Source: Lytechinus pictus (taxonomy: Eukaryota). From it: a DNA stretch of 64,000 nucleotides. The notes under the pieces are model-generated. The model saw nothing but the letters and a program-made list of their open reading frames with translations, was not told the DNA's origin and did no database searches. Made by a program: the position numbers and the translations under genes. Positions 25,811-64,000 of this stretch are shown here, in pieces (position 1 is the first letter of the stretch; each line of letters starts with the position of its first letter). The stretch spans positions 46,688,001 to 46,752,000 of the forward strand of contig NC_087251.1 in NCBI RefSeq assembly GCF_037042905.1, in the 5' to 3' direction.

Positions 25811-28800
25811 GCATGGATTGCTTTTGTCAAATAAAGTGTCTGTTCTTGTATAAGTGAGACTCCTAGTATTTTGTAATGTTCCAATGTTATTTCCTTCCTC
25901 CTTATAGTTCATAAGTTTTTGGGTAAATTTGATGATTGGGTAGTACGGACTTCCGTTGTGTCGCCCAGTTTAAAATGGTAAATTGCTGATTTAATTGGTC
26001 TTCTCCCGCTCCTCTCCCTCTCATTTCATTTCACCCAATATGGTCCAATTCTACAAGATATAATCAGTGAATTAGTGCATTTTTAAGTGTTTACCTATAA
26101 GGTAAATTACCGATTCGTCTATTGCCATTCTGTCTAGTAACATTTCATCTAATCACCAGTTCGTCTGTGACCACTTTGTCTCTTAACCAGTTGCTCTTCT
26201 ACCCATTTTCTTTTCATTCATTTCGCCCAATTAAAAGTTGGTCCAATTAGAACAAATGGTGTATGGACTAAATGGCTATTGGACCAACTGGTTATTAGAC
26301 GAATTGATGAGTGGACAAAATGGCAATTAGACCATGTGGATAGTGGCCGAACTGATGGTAGACCAAGTGATAGTAGAAGAGTTGGTAATTGTACAATTGG
26401 CATTAGACCAATTGAAATTAAACCCTCTATGATACAGACAAATAAACTCACCAGCCTTCGGTGCTTGATGCAGAAATAGTTGACAAGTCCTCCAAATGAG
26501 AAAGAAGTCAAGCGATAATACCAATTTACACATTTTAATTAACAAGAGCCTGACGGCCTATGTCTGTTGACAACAGAAGTGCGAAATATATTAACAAATG
26601 AAGAGTATGGAGGTCATGATGCAATGACCACCACTCCTGCGAAGCCCTGACAGAATGCATGGGGATAGCAATACGAGTGAGTGAAGTGTTCTCCATAGAA
26701 ATGCTGCACAACTCCAACTTGGATAACACAAGCGATAGATATTTAAAGATGGAAACCAAAAGGACGTAAGTAAAAACTGGTTCTCGTGATGGAAAATATA
26801 ACTGTAGAAAATGCAATATGTAATAATCCACAACTGTTGGAAAGCCTCTTGCTGAATTGAAAGAAAATGAGGTTGGCTAGTAGAAACTGTATATGTCCAC
26901 TGGGTGAAAACTTCATACTGAATGCAGTGAAGGTTTGTTCTTGATATTGAGGTCTCTCTCTCATGCTTAATTGTAACTGGCTGGTTGTTACCGAGTGAGT
27001 AAAACATCTAGTAATGATAGTAGAAAAAACAGAAGTTGAGCATTCCTTGGCTTTATGAAAGGACATGAATGAATTCTTGGCTGCTACTTGACAATGAAAT
27101 CTAGACCAATGGTTGGGACAAAAGAGTCAAGTTGAATAGAAAAAAAGCATTGAAACATGTGGATCACCTGTCTTAGCATGATCAAAATAAATAAAGTAGT
27201 GATCAAGATCTGATTGAAGGTGTTTGATGATTAACCCCAAAAATCTTTCTTAATTTTTTTTTCACTTTCTCCATCTTTTCCCTGAAACAAAGGGTCCACG
27301 GAATACTCTGGTAATAAATCCTACCCAATGTCCAGTACGCTTGTTCATACAGTAGAATCTGCATTTCAGACATGCCAACCGTTCCCTTTTTAGGGTATTT
27401 GTTCCTTTTTTTGCTAGGAATACACCAATACTTTTTTTGTATGATTTGTTACTTTTTTTAAATTTCCGATCATGGAGTATGTATTATACACAGTGCATGA
27501 CACTAGCGCCGGTCCGACAGTCCCAGACCAGTAAAAATCACTGTCGGGCCAGTAATTTGTTGCATGCAAAGAACAAGTAAATTCTTGCCTAAGAGCACAT
27601 GTTTAAAATGATGAATAATCAAGTTTTCAAGTAGAGTAATTTCACATGTTTTTTTCACCGATCTCACTACAACAGGCTGGCGATTGTTACGTTGAGACAA
27701 ATCTTTAATTTTTGTCAAAAAATACTTTTTTTTCCTTCTAAGATTTTAAGAATACTTTTTTTGTTAGAGGTTGGCAATGGACCTGAAAAATGGTTTGACT
27801 TAAAGCATTATCCAAATTATGGAAGGCAGACTACTGTAGAATGTAGGCCTACTGTAGATGCCATTTATGCAAAAGCAGATAAAGGCGTCCCTACCAAAAG
27901 TTGTAAAATCCAATGATTTTGATTCTCATTAGCGACACTAGTTGAAATCTGTTCTTTATTACATCTGTTTGTGGAATTGCTGTGACTGCTATATTACCCT
28001 CAAATGACCTAAAAGCAATGATTGTCTACACTAAAATTTACTTTTCAAAGTCTTTGAACACCTAGAAGAGCACTTGTACCAAAGTATGTTTTTTCTTTAA
28101 ATAATATGATTTTGTAAAAAAAAAAAAAATCATGTCTCTATTTCATAAAACTTTCACAAATATGGTTATTGGATTAATGTAATTTCAGGTAACTTTAAAA
28201 AAAAAATCATTTTGTTAAAACCAGGGTGAGATATACACATGTTTTTTTTTTTCATCTGCAAGAGCAGTGCGCATTTTAGCTGGCATGCAGCTTGAGTGCT
28301 ACGATGAGCGCGCCACGTATTTTATTATGAAATACAGTTTTTTGGGGAAAACAGTTTTTTCTATCACAGAATACACTTTTTCATTCGCAGAGGTTGGCAG
28401 GTCTGCAGTCAAGCTGCTCAAAACGATAAGACACTTCTTTATACTCTGCTCCTGGTCTACATTTCTCCTGCTTCAAGCCATCATATTACGTCTGTCGTGG
28501 TTTACAGTCCTCAGCACTTCACCATATCTAAAAAAAGATTACATTTTTTCTCTCTCATCTTGTATCTTCTTGCCTTTCCATTCTCCTTTTTCTTTTCTCG
28601 TCAATCTGTCTGAATTAAACCTTTCCAACAGTCTTGTTTCAGAACTTCACTTGGTGAACCGTCAACCTCCACCCAGACCTAGATGTAATACCAGTGCAGC
28701 AAGTTCAGTCATTCACAGAATCATTCTCAATCAATTTTCTTCTAGAATCACTCTTACACATGTAATATACTCTAGTTTACATCATCAATTGAGATCACCA

Positions 28801-31027
28801 CTTTGGCAGTGACAAAATACAAATAAACACATATTTTTAGGAAAGCAAGGCATAGTGTAGCGGTGCCTATTTATTAGCTCAAATTTGAATGAGTTGGTGA
28901 ATTGCACAAAGATATCCTACAGTTATACATTTTTCACATAAGTGTATAGTGCTCACAAGAATTATAACATTAAATGAAGGGTTGGGACTGTTTCTTCTAT
29001 TAAAAAATGTTTAGAAAGTTATGCAGGATAGAGCCAAAGATGTCTAAACACAGTCTGAAGTCTTCAGACTAGTTCCTGCTTGTTAGACCCTTACTGAATT
29101 GATCAATTTTGGGTATCTGGGTGCCCGCCTGAAATTTACAAGGGTACCCGGGTGCAGAAAACCTGAAATTAATAGCCCTACTTATAAAATAAGGTGATTA
29201 AAAACATGTTTGCTTTAGAAACTGGTTTGCAACAATCTAATAATTTGTCAAGTTCATTGTGTTTTTATGAACAGCTTTATGTCATACCCCCTATTAACCA
29301 TTAATGTCACAATAAGATCTTTAGCACCAAAAATAAATTAATCTTTCTATAATACAAAAGGTACAAAAAGAACGGCTTTACATTTGCTTTAAGCTTGAAA
29401 TGTGGATAAAATCTATACATATTTTGTCTCTTTGACAAATCAAATTAACAAATACAATATAAGAGCTGTAAACCATAAAGGAGAATACAACACTTGATCA
29501 CTTGCCTCAATCTCAATATAAAATAACATTATATACAGTGGCTGGAAGACTAAAGTGGACATTTATGTACTAGTATATAACAAAGTGACTAAGTACTTGA
29601 TACATAAAGACATTATGAATCTTAATTTTTTTTTTTAAAGAGAAAGGAGTGAACAATAAAAAAAATCTCATGATTGTCAGTAATTATGATATTTCCACGG
29701 GGCATATGAACATCCCTACTTGATGGACATTTGTGTCAGTTTCTATGATTTTATAATATACAGTGAAACCTGTCTATAGTGCCCACCCTCAAGGCAAACA
29801 CAAAACTTTTCCTTTACAGAGACGTAGCTACTATACTGCAGAAAGATTCATATACACATAACATGCCTCCATGGGAATCAGTTTTAGTGATCACTAAAGA
29901 CAGGTGATTGCTATTGACAAGTTCTTATACACATAACATGCCTCCATGGGAAGCAGTTTTAGTGGTCACTACAGGCAAGTGGCTGCTATAGACAGGCGAC
30001 CACTAAAACAGGACTTTACACCCAAACCTCTCCTTTGGGATATAATGTTACATTGTTACTCATGGACCTCAAACGTATAAAGTAACCCCCAAATTAGGGG
30101 CTGTCTGACAAACAAATCTCTTCAAAGTTTTATGCAAGCAGGGTGACAGTGAATTGAAATTGCATCCGATCTGACAAGCTTTTTGTGAATGACATGGAAG
30201 TTCTCATCAACTTTACGGGGTCCATGCTCATTGTATAATGGTTTGAACAATTAAGGGTAGTCGCCTGTACTATAAACCAAACATACACATACACTTTTAT
30301 CTATTTCTCTTGCTAGTATATGGAATGTAAAATGAGCCAAGATGTAAACTGGGTCCTTGAGTTTATAACTCACCATTGTGTACAACAGACCTAGAGACAT
30401 TTACTTTAATGATTAGTAGCAATTATATGACACTAAGATAGATCCTTGTCATTTGATTGGTTGTTTGATATCGATCATTCAGCCAATTTTACAATGACGT
30501 CATCATCCGTGCAATTTTGCATCCATTCATCGTGCAATTTTGGATCCATACTATTTTGTACATTGCACACGTGCCGACACCACAGGCGCTACACGTGTGT
30601 TTGCAATGGTCGTGTTGAATGTATGCGACAATTGACAGGCCGCATTCGGACAGAATGCACTTTTATTCAAATTTGTAAATGTCAAATGACAAAGATCTAT
30701 ATTTTGGGTGTCATATAAAACAAATAATGAATGTTCTTTTCATTCGAACAATGAACAGAATAAATATGAAATTAATAATCCATTCAACTCCGCTATGCCT
30801 CGTTGAATGGATCATTTCATCTTTCACCTCATGAAGTATACTGTCCACTGCACTCATAAACATTCATTATTTGTATACTAAAAAGCTTTCTCAAGGGCAT
30901 GCGTGAAATCAGGTAGATGAAGAATAAGGAAAAAGATTGCCGTGAACCATGTCTAGTTTGTATTTACAGACAGATGGCTATTCATATCATGGTGTTCAAA
31001 TTTGCCATTTTCTTTTGGTCACAGATC

Positions 31028-31577
31028 AGGGGAACATTTCACAAAAGAAATAGCCAATTATTTTCATTGACTATTTTTGTAAGCTACTGAAATCCTTGCA
31101 TCTGATTGGCTCAGAGCAACTTGGTCAGTGGAAATCACTGACAAGATGGTTCATGCAACGCTCCCCTGGGGAGCATTTCATGCAGAGTTTTTTTCAGTGA
31201 CTTTCACTGACAAATTGGCTTTCAGCCAATCAGAATCAAGGATTTCCAGTAGCTTATAACAATAGTCAGTGAAAACCACTGACAAAAATCTCTGTGAAAC
31301 ACTCCCCTGTACATGAAGTACTGAATGATTGGAAGCCAGATAAGAATGATGATTTTAACGATTGATTGTACATTGTAGTATATGCATCAATAGTGAAAAT
31401 TTGTTCTATGATCATTGCTAAGCTTTGTGTTACGGGCTCCAGGAGTGTTTTATGAAGCAAATATCCTGTGGTTTTCACCGACAAATTTGTTCTAACCCAA
31501 TCATATGCAAGAATATCGGTAGCTTATAACAGTTGTCAGTGTAAATTACTGTCTATTCATTTCATGGAATGCTCCCC
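31028..31577. mobile_element. Three copies of a 140-bp Harbinger-like MITE just downstream of the GCN2 stop (31028-31167, 31168-31307, 31440-31577)
   Basis: GGGGAGC(A/G)TTTCA...TGAAAC(A/G)CTCCCC-type TIRs and a central CCAATCA core; another partial copy at about 34925-35024. Confidence 0.7.
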
Positions 31578-31614
31578 TTATTTCAGTTGAGATACCATCA
31601 TGATGAGATACTGG

Positions 31615-62646
<31,032 letters not shown>

Positions 62647-62691
62647 CTGTAGACATGGATACAGAGATAGTGAAATATATATATACTAGTA

Positions 62692-63342
62692 CAGTTGAGG
62701 CCAAAAGTTTGCATACACCCATGGAATTCAGTGAAATGTATTTGCTTGCCAAACATCGTAAAATTTACTATATCTTCAGAAATATAAATACTACCATGAC
62801 GAATTTGGTATCAAATGAAAGAGCGTATTAAGCCCTTGTGCATGATTGGGATGCCGTTGGGATTAAAGTATATTTCAGGTGGAATTTTCTTTGAAGAAAA
62901 AAAAGTAACATTCGTGCCAAATTTATTCTATTGTTTGTTATAATATTTTCAAACATCGTTTCATAGTAATACATCAATGTCAAATCTATGATTTACATTA
63001 CATTTTCTATCATATGTCACCACTGAACAAAAAAGTGTAATCTGAAATATTTGTGTTGAGAAGTAACTACATATGTAGCACAAATACAAAATGTGTTTGT
63101 CAATATTTTGTTTTTAATTTGTCTAAAATATGAAGATTTTGGGGGAAAAACGACACCTAAATATTTTTCAGCTCCAGATGAAAAAACAATGTGACGAAGG
63201 GGCATGACATACTCATTTGTTTGATATCAAATTCGTCATGACATCACAAATATTTGTAAGATACAGTAGATTTTATGATGTTTGGCAAGTGTCAACTTTT
63301 CTTTGAATTTCCTGGGTGTATGTAAACTTCTGGCCTCAACTG
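62692..63342. mobile_element. Tc1-like MITE
   Basis: TA-CAGTTGAGGCCAAAAGTTTGCATACACCC...GGGTGTATGTAAACTTCTGGCCTCAACTG-TA. Confidence 0.88.
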
Positions 63343-63881
63343 TATATATATATTGGCCCAAAAACAATGATAACAAATGACACATAAGAACAGTCACCAT
63401 AGGGTGATCTAACATTTGAAATTCCTTTTTTTAAAAATCTGTGAGTGGCAAATGCCAGCAGAGATTAGCTGGGGGAATGTAGGAGCACCTTGAGCACCAA
63501 ACAAGGTGGATGTATTTATTCTTCAATTCTTCATTTTTTTTTTCAACTCAAAATACCTATAAGGAGTAATAGGCCTATTGCTAGTAAGATCTTGTTCAGT
63601 AAGTTGCTTTGTCCTATCACAACACACATTCAAAACTACAAATCCATCAGCTTACTGAGTTTCAGTGCCTGTTCTTCAATGTTACCAAACATTATTAATA
63701 TTATTAGTATCATTTGCAACTGCTACAATTGCTTTTTAAACAACCTAGAGGGAGGGTGAGGGTTGAGTTTCTGTTCAATACAGTAAGCAGTCGATTTTAA
63801 ATGAATTTTTACTTTTGACTATAAAATAAACATATTTTGCAGATCACTCCATACCAGAGCAAATGCCAAGGAATCCATTAA

Positions 63882-64000
63882 AGGACAAGTCCACCCCACA
63901 AAAAGTTGATTTGAATAAAAATAGAAAAATCCAACAAGCATAACACTGAAAATTTCATCAAAATCGGATGTAAAATAAGAAAGTTATGACATTTTAAAGT
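63882..64000. mobile_element. Left end of a Kolobok-type MITE (same family as 35287-35871)
   Basis: TTAA-AGGACAAGTCCACCCCA... Confidence 0.8.

Noticed and set aside
28267..28812. 181-aa ORF
   Set aside because: Starts inside a repeat also present at 46899-47240; no recognisable domain or codon bias.

Overview
AT-rich, intron-containing animal genomic DNA. The repeat landscape and gene style suggest an invertebrate deuterostome such as a sea urchin (inference; not confirmed). The right half holds the 3' 22 coding exons of EIF2AK4/GCN2 on the minus strand (kinase C-lobe, HisRS-like and C-terminal domains; stop at 31615; the gene continues past the window end). Converging on it on the plus strand is ZNRD2/SSSCA1 (core exons 19922-22213, probable first exon 15411-15438). 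Its first intron holds an intact, phase-compatible 405-bp exon encoding a pogo/Brinker-like helix-turn-helix domain. Also present are a two-exon orphan gene (9420-11099, about 445 aa), a local segmental duplication whose first copy carries a nested LINE/LINE/Tc1-MITE insertion, and many non-autonomous DNA transposons (Tc1/mariner, hAT, Kolobok, Harbinger, piggyBac-like, Helentron-like). Two unusual tandem arrays lie in GCN2 introns: a satellite amplified from the coding sequence of a Harbinger Myb/SANT gene, with a higher-order repeat, and an array of duplicated exon 3' halves that keep their splice donors. Exon boundaries and repeats were read by eye; no database searches were run.
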